Assembly (NCBI GenBank): GCA_045046875.1
Contig: JASFYY010000037.1
Span: forward strand, 64,001 to 128,000
Length of the DNA stretch: 64,000 nucleotides
Reading direction: 5' to 3'
Source of the DNA: Verrucomicrobiota bacterium
GTDB lineage: Bacteria > Verrucomicrobiota > Verrucomicrobiia > Verrucomicrobiales > DEV007
The notes beneath the pieces are model-generated. The model was not told where the DNA came from. It made no database searches and was given only the letters and a program-made list of their open reading frames with translations. A program made the translations under genes and the position numbers. Shown piece after piece: positions 44,793-54,738 of the stretch. Numbering within the stretch: the stretch's first letter is position 1; every line of letters begins with the position of its first letter.

Positions 44793-45242
44793 ATGAACAC
44801 TCCTGAAGAACAAGATCCAAGCTGGCAATTGTTATTAAAATCCAAGCCCAAGCAAGCCAATCCGGCATTTGTTCGCGATGTCGTGCGGGAAGTGCGCAAG
44901 CTTGAAGCCGATGCTCCGAACAGCACATGGAGTCTATTTCTTTCCTGGCTCAAGCGCCCGGCCATTGCACTGCCTGTAGCCGTCGGAGCCACCGCGGCCA
45001 TATTCGCGTCACTCACTCTGCTCCCAAGTTCCTCCTCTACCACAAACTCAACCGCCGCTATGATCGCGAGCGCCGACACCCTGCTCCCTGCCGATCAAAT
45101 TCCAAGCAGTGCCCTCATCGAATCGAACATCACCGAAGATATCGAACAGATCGACTACATCGACGAACTCGTCACGACCGCCGACCCTGCCGACCTCGAT
45201 GACGATGCCCTGGCCAGCCTTTTTGCCAGCACATCCTTCTGA
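44793..45242 (+). CDS. Single-TM hypothetical protein, anti-sigma-like topology
   Basis: DPSWQLL...PAFVRDVVREVR, one TM helix, acidic C-terminus; start 44793 or 44775. Confidence 0.6.
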   Translation: MNTPEEQDPSWQLLLKSKPKQANPAFVRDVVREVRKLEADAPNSTWSLFLSWLKRPAIALPVAVGATAAIFASLTLLPSSSSTTNSTAAMIASADTLLPADQIPSSALIESNITEDIEQIDYIDELVTTADPADLDDDALASLFASTSF

Positions 45243-45274
45243 GCTGCTACAACCACCGGCTCTACGACACTGGC

Positions 45275-45877
45275 TTAAAACCGCACATCAAGCTGCAGCG
45301 CCGCTGCCAATTCTTCAGCGTATTGCTCCCGCGAAATCTCAATGCAGCCAAACTGCACCAGATGCGGATTGCTCCACTGGGTATCAAGCAGCACAAAACC
45401 CCGCTCCTTCAGGTGATTCACCAAATGCACCAAAGCCACTTTTGATGCATCTGTCCGCTGAGTGAACATCGATTCGCCAAAAAAAGCCCCGCCAATGGCC
45501 ACCCCATACAACCCTCCCACCAAGCTCCCTTGATACCAACTCTCTACGCTGTGAGCCCAGCCCGAATCGAACAAACGGCTGTAGCTCGCTCGAATACCGG
45601 CGCTGATCCAGGTTTCTTCCCGATCCGCACAGTTCTGAATAACCGCAGGGAATGCCGTGTCCATCCGGATCTCATATTCATTTTTTTTCAGCGCCCGTTT
45701 CAAGCCACGAGGAACGTGGAAATCATCTAAGGGAATCACCCCACGGGGGTCGGGCGCATACCAATCAATCTGTTCCCGGCCCGATTCATCCACATCAGCC
45801 ATAGGAAACACACCCATCTGATACGCGCGCAGTAGCGTATCGGCATCAATTTCTCCGCTCATTTTATTAACCATCAC
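45275..45877 (-). CDS. aat: Leucyl/phenylalanyl-tRNA--protein transferase
   Basis: LLRAYQMGVFPM, AHSVESW, LVGGLYGV..GGAFFGESMF, DASKVAL, LLDTQ. Confidence 0.96.
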   Translation of the reverse strand: MMVNKMSGEIDADTLLRAYQMGVFPMADVDESGREQIDWYAPDPRGVIPLDDFHVPRGLKRALKKNEYEIRMDTAFPAVIQNCADREETWISAGIRASYSRLFDSGWAHSVESWYQGSLVGGLYGVAIGGAFFGESMFTQRTDASKVALVHLVNHLKERGFVLLDTQWSNPHLVQFGCIEISREQYAEELAAALQLDVRF

Positions 45878-45956
45878 CTGACTGCTAAGTCTTGAATTCT
45901 TATTGGCAAGCTCTTCATTCTAGGCCACAATAGGAACGCTTATCAAAGTAAATAAG

Positions 45957-46445
45957 ATGCAAAAAGCCATTTATCCAGGAAGTTTCGATCCCCTGCACAA
46001 CGGACACCTCGACGTCATCGGTCGAGCCGCCCGCCTATGTGACTCGGTCGTCGTAGCCGTTGCCGCGAATGCCTCGAAAAACGCCCTGCTCTCCACCGCT
46101 GAACGCATTGATATCATTAAAAACGCCACCGCCCACCTACCGGAAGTCTCAGTAACAGAGTTCGAAGGCCTGCTGGTTGATTTTGTCATCGAACAAAAAG
46201 CCGACTGCATCATCCGCGGATTGCGTGCTATATCAGACTTTGAATATGAATTCCAAATGGCGCTGATGAACCGCCAACTGCGCTCCACGGTCGAAACCAT
46301 CTTTTTGATGCCCAGCCAGGAGCACATCTACCTCAGCTCGCGCATTATCAAAGAAATTGCAGCCACCGGCAACGATGTGCGCGATTTCATCTCCGAAAAA
46401 GCCGCCCTCGCGGTTGAAAAAAAACTGGCTCTCAAAAAAATATAA
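45957..46445 (+). CDS. coaD: Phosphopantetheine adenylyltransferase
   Basis: YPGSFDPLHNGHLD, IRGLRAISDFEYE. Confidence 0.98.
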   Translation: MQKAIYPGSFDPLHNGHLDVIGRAARLCDSVVVAVAANASKNALLSTAERIDIIKNATAHLPEVSVTEFEGLLVDFVIEQKADCIIRGLRAISDFEYEFQMALMNRQLRSTVETIFLMPSQEHIYLSSRIIKEIAATGNDVRDFISEKAALAVEKKLALKKI

Positions 46446-46449
46446 CACG

Positions 46450-46941
46450 ATGATTATTCGATTGGGTGACCTCAAAAGCGATCAAGCGACCTTGGAAGGT
46501 GTGCTGGACTCCGATATTTTCCAGATAGATACGGATGGCGACGTTCGCTCCATCGGACCGATCAGCTGCGAACTTCACACCGCGATCAGCGGTGATCACC
46601 TCATCGTTGATGGAAAACTCACCGTCCCCACCCAACTTCGCTGCGTCAACTGCCTCGAAGATTTCTCCTACCAACACGATTTTAACGACTACCACGCAGA
46701 AATTAAAATAGAAGACAACAACATGCTCGACCTGACAGAGCACATCCGCGACGATATTTTATTAGAAATCCCCCAATACCCTCATTGCACCACCGGCAGT
46801 ATTCCTGATCGAGTTTGCCCCATGACCGGCCCCTTTTCCTTTGAAAAACAAGGTACGCAGCCTCCCTCAGAGGGCACTGAAGAAAAATCTCCTGCTGATA
46901 TTTGGGCTGCTTTGGAAGATTTAGACACCAAAGACTCTTAA
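46450..46941 (+). CDS. YceD/DUF177 family protein
   Basis: CVNCL, LDLTEHIRDDILLEIP..PHC, WAALEDL; directly upstream of rpmF. Confidence 0.88.
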   Translation: MIIRLGDLKSDQATLEGVLDSDIFQIDTDGDVRSIGPISCELHTAISGDHLIVDGKLTVPTQLRCVNCLEDFSYQHDFNDYHAEIKIEDNNMLDLTEHIRDDILLEIPQYPHCTTGSIPDRVCPMTGPFSFEKQGTQPPSEGTEEKSPADIWAALEDLDTKDS

Positions 46942-47007
46942 GAACGCTTAAGTCCCCTTGACAAAGTTATTTTTTGACCGTTAATCCCACACCAACCAAG
47001 GATAGAT

Positions 47008-47190
47008 ATGGCAGTCCCAAAACGTAGAACTTCGAAAATGAAAAAACGCCTTCGCCGCAGCGGTCAGCGCTGGCGTATGGCTAAACTGAAAACTTGTCCG
47101 GAATGCGATAGTGCAGTCCGTTCACATACGGCTTGCCCTTCTTGCGGCTACTACCGTGACCGTCAGGTTTTGACAATCGACACTTTCTAG
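47008..47190 (+). CDS. rpmF: 50S ribosomal protein L32
   Basis: MAVPKRRTSK, CPEC...HTACPSCGYY. Confidence 0.97.
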   Translation: MAVPKRRTSKMKKRLRRSGQRWRMAKLKTCPECDSAVRSHTACPSCGYYRDRQVLTIDTF

Positions 47191-47235
47191 TTGCTCGCCA
47201 ATCATGGGGCGGCTTCCCATCTGAACAATAATCAG

Positions 47236-47262
47236 GGGCCACCTATTGCGGGTGGCTCTTTT
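47236..47262 (+). terminator. Hairpin terminator after rpmF
   Basis: GGGCCACC-TATTGCG-GGTGGCTC-TTTT. Confidence 0.6.
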
Positions 47263-47346
47263 ATTTCAAATCCGAAGCCAACACCGCCTGTCGATTGGAA
47301 CGCTACAAATCCGCTATTTTCACCACCCACATCCTCCTGAACCAAC

Positions 47347-48354
47347 ATGAAAATTGCTGTTGATGCTATGGGAGGAGACAAAGCTCCTCAATCGGTGGTC
47401 GCCGGAGCCAGGGAAGCTCTATCAGAACTGCCCTTCATCGAGCGACTCTTCCTCGCCGGTGACGAAAACAGCATCAAAGCCGAAATGGATCGGCAGCAAT
47501 TCAGCCACCGCAAAATAGAAATCGTGCACGCACCCGAAACGGTCGGCATGGAGGAAGAAGCAGTGAAATCTGTTCGCCGCAAAAAAAAATCGTCGATCAG
47601 TATTGCCGTGGACCTGATAAAAAACGGTGACTGCGAAGCCGTCGTCAGTGCAGGAAATACCGGAGCCGCCGTGGCGGCCACCACCATCAAACTGCGCACC
47701 TTGCCAGGAGTCGAACGTGCCGGCATCGCCTCTGCCCTGCCCAATGAAAACGGCCCCTGCAACATCATCGACGCAGGTGCCAATGTCGATGCCAAACCCA
47801 GCCATTTGTTGCAATACGCCATCATGGGCAGTGTTTACGCAGAACATGTGCAAGGAAAAAAGAATCCTGTCGTCGGATTGATGTCAGTAGGAGAAGAAGA
47901 CAGTAAAGGAAACAGTTTCACCAAAGAAGTATTCACCCTTTTGAAAGACTCCCCGCTTAATTTCAAAGGCAATATCGAAGGCCACGACCTGTTCGAGTCC
48001 GCCATCGATGTGGTGGTTTGCGACGGATTCATCGGCAACGTCGTGCTCAAAAGCTGCGAAGCCACTGCCAAGGTGATGTTCAAATGGCTCAAGACCGAGC
48101 TCAACATGTCCCCTTTTAGGCAAATGGGGGCACTGATGGCCAAAGGCGCGTTCATCGCTACCTTGGAGCGAGGAAATTACGAAAATTATGGTGGCAGCCC
48201 ACTTCTCGGAGTAAATGGCACCTGCATCATTGCTCATGGCTCCAGTTCTCCTCTGGCGATCAAAAATGCCATTCGGGTCGCAGCGGAATCCGTAAGGCAT
48301 GAAGTGAACCCTCATATCGAAGAAAAAATTAATAAATACGGACTGATCGGATGA
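47347..48354 (+). CDS. plsX: Phosphate acyltransferase PlsX
   Basis: IAVDAMGGD, SAGNTGA, DAGANVD, VVCDGFIGN, AHGSS. Confidence 0.98.
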   Translation: MKIAVDAMGGDKAPQSVVAGAREALSELPFIERLFLAGDENSIKAEMDRQQFSHRKIEIVHAPETVGMEEEAVKSVRRKKKSSISIAVDLIKNGDCEAVVSAGNTGAAVAATTIKLRTLPGVERAGIASALPNENGPCNIIDAGANVDAKPSHLLQYAIMGSVYAEHVQGKKNPVVGLMSVGEEDSKGNSFTKEVFTLLKDSPLNFKGNIEGHDLFESAIDVVVCDGFIGNVVLKSCEATAKVMFKWLKTELNMSPFRQMGALMAKGAFIATLERGNYENYGGSPLLGVNGTCIIAHGSSSPLAIKNAIRVAAESVRHEVNPHIEEKINKYGLIG

Positions 48355-49370
48355 CAAACAAGGAAGCCTCAAACGAAAGTTTACGTGCCGTTCGGATCGC
48401 GGGCACCGGTAGTTATGTGCCGGAAAAAATCCTCAGCAATCAGGACTTGGAGAAAATAGTCGACACCTCGGATGAATGGATCACTTCCCGCACTGGCATC
48501 AAAGCGCGCCGCATTGCCGCCGAAGGTGAATTCACCAGCCATCTGGCCACTCATGCTGCCCGGCGGGCCATGCAGCAAGCCGACCTGCAAAGTGAAGACA
48601 TTGACCTGATCATTGTTGCCACCATCACCCCGGATACCCTGACCCCGGCCACCGCCTGTTACGTTCAGCAAGCACTCGGCGCTCATCGTGCTGTCGCTTT
48701 TGACATTTCCGCTGCCTGTTCAGGTTTCCTTTACGCCCTTGAGTTTGCCCGCGTTGCGATTGCCGGCGGCACTTTTAACAACGCCCTCATCATTGGCGCG
48801 GAGAAACTCAGTGCCTTTGTCAACTGGACTGACCGCAATACCTGCGTACTCTTCGGGGACGGCGCCGGAGCAGCCGTGCTCACTCCCTGCAACGATGAGG
48901 AAAAAACTGGCCGCATCCTCTCTACCCATCTGGGCACGGACGGCAAACAAACCGAAATCCTCAATATTCCCGGAGGCGGATCCGCCTGCCCCATCACTCT
49001 GGAAAATGCCGAACAGCATCTGGCTGCACTGTCGATGCAGGGTCGCGAAGTTTTTAAAGCTGCGGTCAACGCTATGCGTCGAGCATCAGAAACAGCTATC
49101 GAAAAAGCCGGGCTGAGTACTGACGACATCAACCTCGTCATCCCCCACCAGGCCAATCTGCGCATCATCGACGCCATCACCGACCGTCTCAAAATTGGTA
49201 AAGAGCGAGTATTCATCAACCTCGATAAATATGGCAATACCTCCGCCGCCGCCGTTGCCATCGCCCTCGACGAAGCTACTCGCAATGGAGCAGTGCAACC
49301 CGGCGACCGTATTTTACTGGTTGCTTTTGGCGCAGGCCTCACTTGGGCCAGTGCTGTTATTGAGTGGTAA
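48351..49370 (+). CDS. fabH: 3-oxoacyl-ACP synthase III
   Basis: AACSGF, LFGDGAGA, PHQANLRI, YGNTSAA, FGAGLTW. Confidence 0.98.
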   Translation: MTNKEASNESLRAVRIAGTGSYVPEKILSNQDLEKIVDTSDEWITSRTGIKARRIAAEGEFTSHLATHAARRAMQQADLQSEDIDLIIVATITPDTLTPATACYVQQALGAHRAVAFDISAACSGFLYALEFARVAIAGGTFNNALIIGAEKLSAFVNWTDRNTCVLFGDGAGAAVLTPCNDEEKTGRILSTHLGTDGKQTEILNIPGGGSACPITLENAEQHLAALSMQGREVFKAAVNAMRRASETAIEKAGLSTDDINLVIPHQANLRIIDAITDRLKIGKERVFINLDKYGNTSAAAVAIALDEATRNGAVQPGDRILLVAFGAGLTWASAVIEW

Positions 49371-49375
49371 CTGAC

Positions 49376-50188
49376 ATGTTAATCGATACCCACGCCCATC
49401 TGGCCAGCCAACAATTGTGCGACGATCTTCCCGCAGTGATCAAGCGGGCAAATGCAGCAGGGGTCACCCGCATCATCAGCATCGGCACCGATCTGGAGGA
49501 TAGTCAGCAAAACATCAAAATTGCCGAACAATTTGACCAGGTTTACGCCACTGTCGGCATCCACCCGACATCGGTTCACGAAATCACGCAGGACGACTGG
49601 CTGCAGCAAATCCGAACCTGGCTCGAACATCCAAAAGTTCTCGCCATCGGAGAAATCGGACTCGACTATTTTCACCCTCCGCGGGACGGCTCGTCACCGG
49701 CCACCTGGCGGGAACTGCAAAAAAAGTTTTTTATCGCCCAACTAGATTTGGCAGCCGAGTTACAGCTCCCGGTCGTGATCCACCAACGTGATAAAAACGG
49801 TGAAAGTGAATGCCGCGACGACCTGCTCAAAATCATCAGTGATTATCAAGGCCGGGTCCAAGCTGTCTTTCATTGTTTCATCGGCTCCTTGCAACAAGCA
49901 CAGCCGTTTCTAGACCAAGGGCACCTGGTCTCATTCACCGGCATCGCCACCTTTTCCAGCGCCAAAGAATTGCAAAGCTGCACCGCCCAAATTCCACAGG
50001 GACAATTCATGGTCGAAACCGATGCCCCTTATCTGTCCCCCAATCCTTTCCGAGGCAAACGCTGCGAACCCGCTTATACCCGCCACACAGCAGAACACAT
50101 CGCTACAGCAAGAGGGATTTCCCTGGAGCAACTAGCCTCTTTTACCAGCCAAACCGCAGAAAAATTCTTTGCTCTATCGGAAATATAA
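49376..50188 (+). CDS. tatD: TatD-family nuclease
   Basis: IDTHAHL, GIHP, IGEIGLDY, VIH, VFHCF, VETDAPYLSP. Confidence 0.93.
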   Translation: MLIDTHAHLASQQLCDDLPAVIKRANAAGVTRIISIGTDLEDSQQNIKIAEQFDQVYATVGIHPTSVHEITQDDWLQQIRTWLEHPKVLAIGEIGLDYFHPPRDGSSPATWRELQKKFFIAQLDLAAELQLPVVIHQRDKNGESECRDDLLKIISDYQGRVQAVFHCFIGSLQQAQPFLDQGHLVSFTGIATFSSAKELQSCTAQIPQGQFMVETDAPYLSPNPFRGKRCEPAYTRHTAEHIATARGISLEQLASFTSQTAEKFFALSEI

Positions 50189-50261
50189 AATATTGTTTGA
50201 TAAATAGCTGGGCGCCACTACATTCTCCCCCCGCTCCCTTCAGTCTTCCCCCCATTTCATC

Positions 50262-50447
50262 ATGTTTTCCGTCCGCAACAGCTTTTTTCGTGAGAAAAAA
50301 TTCTCATCCTCCGTGTTTGGTAATACTCTCCGGCGCAGAGAGGGAGATACGCTGACAGACAACAACGCCCTGTTCATTGCCCACCAAATGCGCAAGCAGG
50401 AGGAGCAGCGCAAAAAACGTAAATCCGGTCACCACACCGAGCGTTAA
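50262..50447 (+). CDS. Possible small basic protein
   Basis: 61-aa ATG ORF filling the intergenic gap after tatD; no recognisable motif. Confidence 0.35.
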   Translation: MFSVRNSFFREKKFSSSVFGNTLRRREGDTLTDNNALFIAHQMRKQEEQRKKRKSGHHTER

Positions 50448-50514
50448 GATCCAGGCGCTACCAAGCGAGGAGCAAATCTTCTTGGATCAAGCACTACGCA
50501 CCATCTGGCTGCTC

Positions 50515-52050
50515 TCACTCCGCTAGTCGCAGTTTCAACGTCGGCGGCGCAGCACTGGGGTGACGTTTGCTGGCAAAAGCGTGTACCAGTCCACTGCCGC
50601 GACGAATCTCCCCCGTCCGGCGCACCACCAGAAAAGTTGCCAAGCCATCATTATTGTTTTCTTGCCGTAAAAAATTCACCAAGGCATCCCCTTCCACTCC
50701 GACCTCTCCGCTATAAACCCCCTGGGGAATGAAAAAAGACCCCAATTCAATCGCCTCATCCAAATCAGCACTACCGCCGGTATGATTATTTGCCGGAGCA
50801 TTCTGCCAGGTGATCTGATCACGTTGCCAAAGGTCATCGCGCACCCCATACACCACAAACTCTGCATCCGGCACAAAAGAAGCGTAACCAAAATTACTGG
50901 GTTCAACTGCCAACTTCAATTGCGCCCGTAACAGATCCCCGGAAGATAACAGGGCATCAAGATCAAAGCGCAGATAAACTTTTCTGGTATAACCAATGCC
51001 CGCATCAAACACCTCGGAATTTTTCACCAACAACAACTGCTCCGATGTGTGTATATCAGAATCCGTAGCCTGGACATAAACATCTTCTCCCCGTCCATCA
51101 GCAGTGGTGATCACCACTTGCTTGCCCACCGCCGATGTATCCTCCACCAAAATCCTGCCATCCCCCCCCACTAATTCGAGTGGAGCTCTCTCCATGGTTT
51201 CAAACATTTCACCACTCACCCGTGACCCGTTCCCCGTAATCAAGCGCTGCACCTTGCCGCTATTTTTCTGCTCGACGTCCACAATCCCATCAAATACCAC
51301 GACATTGGTTTGCCCGCCCTGCTCCCCCACATGCACCCCGAACTCAGTGCCGTGATCCACCAGTTTGGCGTTGTCCGTTTCAACCGTAAAACCCTGCGCG
51401 GGTTCAGGCACCTTTGCCACCACCGTGCCTCGATACAATCGACACAGCATCGGAGAAATCAGTTCAATATCGACCGGCGCCTCCAAAGTAAGCTCCACCC
51501 CGGAAGCAAACTTCAATCGAGCCAAACCCTGCTGCAAACGCAAACGCCCAGCCTGCAGTTGCGCCCCTTCCTCTGTAGGCAAAACCCCACCTTGCCAGGC
51601 GCAATTAGCAGATTTCACTAAGGTAGCCACAATCGGCTGCGAAGATTTTTTCTCGGCAAAGCCCCAGCCCAGCAACACCCCTCCGACCAACACCGCTGCT
51701 GCCGCCGCCATTTTACGCCAAGCCCATGGCCCTATCACCAGCTTCCCTTTTGCCCGTTCTATGTCCGCATCATCGCCAAGCCTTCCTTGCAAATGCCCTC
51801 CCCCATTCTCCTCCTCCAAGCCGGCGATCAAAGAATTAAGCGCAAGAGCCTCACTTTCCCCTGCATGCTGCCAGTACAAACCCGCGTGCTGATGCATGTA
51901 TTCCACGTAGAGCTTGCGCATCCGCCCATCAGTCACCACCAGCTCCTCCAGCCGTTTCAGTTGTTCGCCATTCAGTTCCTCGCTGAGCATTTTTTCGCAC
52001 AGTTCAAAAAGCTCCTCCTTCACCGCTACCTTTTGCTCATCACTCATCAT
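50515..52050 (-). CDS. FecR-domain anti-sigma factor with C-terminal DNRLRE/CBM96-like domain
   Basis: TM helix; GLARLKFASGVELTLEAP...VDHGTEFGV (FecR); EDVYVQ...RKVYLRFDL...PPTLKL. Confidence 0.85.
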   Translation of the reverse strand: MMSDEQKVAVKEELFELCEKMLSEELNGEQLKRLEELVVTDGRMRKLYVEYMHQHAGLYWQHAGESEALALNSLIAGLEEENGGGHLQGRLGDDADIERAKGKLVIGPWAWRKMAAAAAVLVGGVLLGWGFAEKKSSQPIVATLVKSANCAWQGGVLPTEEGAQLQAGRLRLQQGLARLKFASGVELTLEAPVDIELISPMLCRLYRGTVVAKVPEPAQGFTVETDNAKLVDHGTEFGVHVGEQGGQTNVVVFDGIVDVEQKNSGKVQRLITGNGSRVSGEMFETMERAPLELVGGDGRILVEDTSAVGKQVVITTADGRGEDVYVQATDSDIHTSEQLLLVKNSEVFDAGIGYTRKVYLRFDLDALLSSGDLLRAQLKLAVEPSNFGYASFVPDAEFVVYGVRDDLWQRDQITWQNAPANNHTGGSADLDEAIELGSFFIPQGVYSGEVGVEGDALVNFLRQENNNDGLATFLVVRRTGEIRRGSGLVHAFASKRHPSAAPPTLKLRLAE

Positions 52051-52586
52051 GCCATTTCCCCATCCTCTAAATTTTTATCCAGCTGCAAACTCACACAAGC
52101 ATGCAACGACTTCCGAATCCGGCTCAGCACCCGATACACCGCCCCACTCGTTCTACCCACCGCTTCCGCAATCGCTTCGATCGATTCCCCCCCTTCGTAA
52201 CGCAAGTTGACAATGCGCTGATGCTCAGGATCCAACTTGGCCACACAAGATGCCAGACTTTGATAACGAGCCTCCAAATGGCTTTCATCATCTTTCAATT
52301 CTTCAGCCACCAGTTCAACAAAACGGTCACTGAAACAAAGTCGATCCCTTTGTTTGCGCTTGCGATAAGCCAACACTTGATAAAAAGCTACCTTCCTCGC
52401 CCACGCACCAAAATTAGTGCCCAGTTTAAAATCCCCGAAATGCCGCCACATCACCACTTTGGCCTCTTGCAGAATATCATCCGCATCCGACGCCTGGGGA
52501 GCCATGGACATCACATACAAATACAATCCGCGCTCATGCTCGGACAACAAACGGATAAAAGCTTCAGTATCTGGGGAATCAGGCAT
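52047..52586 (-). CDS. ECF sigma-70 factor (PVC-type)
   Basis: DADDILQE, FGAWARKVA, LRYEGGESIEAIA, LSRIRKSL; ATGA overlap with the FecR gene; start set at 52586. Confidence 0.92.
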   Translation of the reverse strand: MPDSPDTEAFIRLLSEHERGLYLYVMSMAPQASDADDILQEAKVVMWRHFGDFKLGTNFGAWARKVAFYQVLAYRKRKQRDRLCFSDRFVELVAEELKDDESHLEARYQSLASCVAKLDPEHQRIVNLRYEGGESIEAIAEAVGRTSGAVYRVLSRIRKSLHACVSLQLDKNLEDGEMA

Positions 52587-52722
52587 TACAACAATGGGGC
52601 TACTCAACACTCTCTCCAACTATAAAGCCGGTATCGCCTTTCTTGGACAGTAAAAATACAACTTCTCCCAATTTTGTTTCCCACAAGCCCATCTTTCCTG
52701 TAAGTTGCCACTATAAAACCAC

Positions 52723-53205
52723 ATGAAGCACTTATCCTTACTTTTCCCCATTCCTTCCCAACTAGCCTGGATTGCGATCATTTCAATGCTCGCACTATCC
52801 TCTTGCAAAACCACCATCACCTCCAGCCCTAGTAATCTGGCTTCAACTTCAACTGAAAAAAAACGACCGATTAAAAAAAGGGCTAAAAAACTCTTTCAAA
52901 AAAAACCCGGGGATGCCAGAGCGGACTTTCAAAGAGACCAGAAAGCCGGGCGTTTAAAACTCAAGCAATATGGTGCCCCCTCCGAAGTCACCCCCTATTA
53001 TAATCAAATCCTTAAAGATGACCTTGGCATCAAAACCGAAGTGATCGCTGACGGAGTCATCGACACCGCCCTGCTACGCTACGCCAAAGAATACAACGCC
53101 TTGATGACGATGGAAATCGAGCGCAAATACGGCCCTGGCATTCTCCAAAAAGCCTATTACCGCGCCCGGGTCATGGAGCAACAAGTTCGGCAAAGCAATA
53201 GGTAA
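52723..53205 (+). CDS. Hypothetical lipoprotein
   Basis: Lipobox LSSC; basic linker; YNALMTMEIERKYG. Confidence 0.65.
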   Translation: MKHLSLLFPIPSQLAWIAIISMLALSSCKTTITSSPSNLASTSTEKKRPIKKRAKKLFQKKPGDARADFQRDQKAGRLKLKQYGAPSEVTPYYNQILKDDLGIKTEVIADGVIDTALLRYAKEYNALMTMEIERKYGPGILQKAYYRARVMEQQVRQSNR

Positions 53206-53251
53206 ACGCAAACCCTCACCCTTACTTACTAAGTAAAAACTCCTCAGCTCG

Positions 53252-54622
53252 ATGATCGCCAGTCTCATCGTGCTGGCAGTTGCTCTGCCAGCTAGCGTTT
53301 ATTTCATTTTCTCCAAGCGTCTGGCCCGGTCAAAAGACTGGGCAGCCACCGTTACCCCACTGGCCTCCATCATCGGTAGCGGCTTTTTAGTCTGCGCCCC
53401 ACTTTTAGCTGATGACATAGGTTATTATGCTGTTTTTGGCATGGCGGCCCTCCTGCTATTGGCCTACGCAATCGGTTCAGCCTTGCGCTTTAATATTCGC
53501 CATACCGAAAAGCTATTAGAGCAGCCCCCCTCATCCAGTGCCCCCCCCCAAAGCATTCAAGCACAAAACCCACCTCAAAGGTCGGCAAAAGAATCAGCAA
53601 AAAAACCCTCGGAACACAGCCTCTTCATTGGCCACTCCTGGCGAGCGCTCCTGATTCCCCACCCTTTCTCCGATGGCTTACTTCGAAAGACAGAAACCCT
53701 TTCCCATGCGGTGCTCATCATCGCCTACCTGATCTCGGTCACCTACTACCTCCAATTGCTAGCAGTTTTTAGCCTCAGAGCTTTCACCCCAAACCCCGAC
53801 GAAACTCTAACATCCATTATAACAACGGTTATCCTCACAAGTATCACTGCAATCGGTTTCACCAAAGGACTTGAAATGCTCGAACGAATCGAACATTACG
53901 TGGTCGGTTTGAAACTAGCTATGATCACCGCCTTGATTGCAGGTCTGCTCTGGCATAATGGCTGGTTAGCCTCCATTGGCGATTGGCATCTGCCCTCCAT
54001 GCCCGAAGGTCACCCGCCCTGGCGAACCGCCCGGTTCCTGATGGGCATGCTGATTGTCGTTCAAGGTTTCGAAACCTCCCTCTTTCTCGGTTCGCGTCAT
54101 TCCCCCGAGCAACGCATAAGAACCATGCGGCGCGCACAGATCATCTCTGCCATTATCTATATAGCCTTCCTGGCAAGCGCCACCGTTCTGTTTGACGCCA
54201 TAGGCGGCTCCTCGTCATCTGAAGTCACCGCCGTGATCGATATGGCAAAAATCGTCTCCCCGGTTCTCCCTATATTATTAATCGTGATGTCGCTGAGCAG
54301 TCAGTTTTCTGCAGCAGTAGCAGACGATGCCGGTTGTGGCGGGCTCATCGAAACCATGAGCCGCAAAAAAATACCCTCACGTTACGCTTACCTTTTCATC
54401 GGAGTATTGACCATCGCCCTGACCTGGATCACCAACGTCACCGAAATTATCAGTTTGGCGTCACGTGCTTTTGCTGTTTTTTACGCCCTGCAATGCCTGG
54501 TGGCAACCATTGCAGCCTATAAAGCCCCCGCAGTCACCTACCGCAAAGTCCGCATCGCCTTTTACCTCCTACTATCACTGATCTGCGCAACGGTTGCCCT
54601 ATTGGGAATTCCAGCAGAATAA
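53252..54622 (+). CDS. APC-superfamily-like membrane transporter
   Basis: TPLASIIGSGFL and VQGFE motifs, about 12 TM segments. Confidence 0.75.
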   Translation: MIASLIVLAVALPASVYFIFSKRLARSKDWAATVTPLASIIGSGFLVCAPLLADDIGYYAVFGMAALLLLAYAIGSALRFNIRHTEKLLEQPPSSSAPPQSIQAQNPPQRSAKESAKKPSEHSLFIGHSWRALLIPHPFSDGLLRKTETLSHAVLIIAYLISVTYYLQLLAVFSLRAFTPNPDETLTSIITTVILTSITAIGFTKGLEMLERIEHYVVGLKLAMITALIAGLLWHNGWLASIGDWHLPSMPEGHPPWRTARFLMGMLIVVQGFETSLFLGSRHSPEQRIRTMRRAQIISAIIYIAFLASATVLFDAIGGSSSSEVTAVIDMAKIVSPVLPILLIVMSLSSQFSAAVADDAGCGGLIETMSRKKIPSRYAYLFIGVLTIALTWITNVTEIISLASRAFAVFYALQCLVATIAAYKAPAVTYRKVRIAFYLLLSLICATVALLGIPAE

Positions 54623-54738
54623 AAACGCCTATCTTACTGACGTCATCGCGTATCCACAAAGCTTTCGTTTTTGTAACAATCTAAGCAAGCCGTGTCATAG
54701 TTTGACAGAACAACCAAGACCCTTTTTAGTCACAACGC

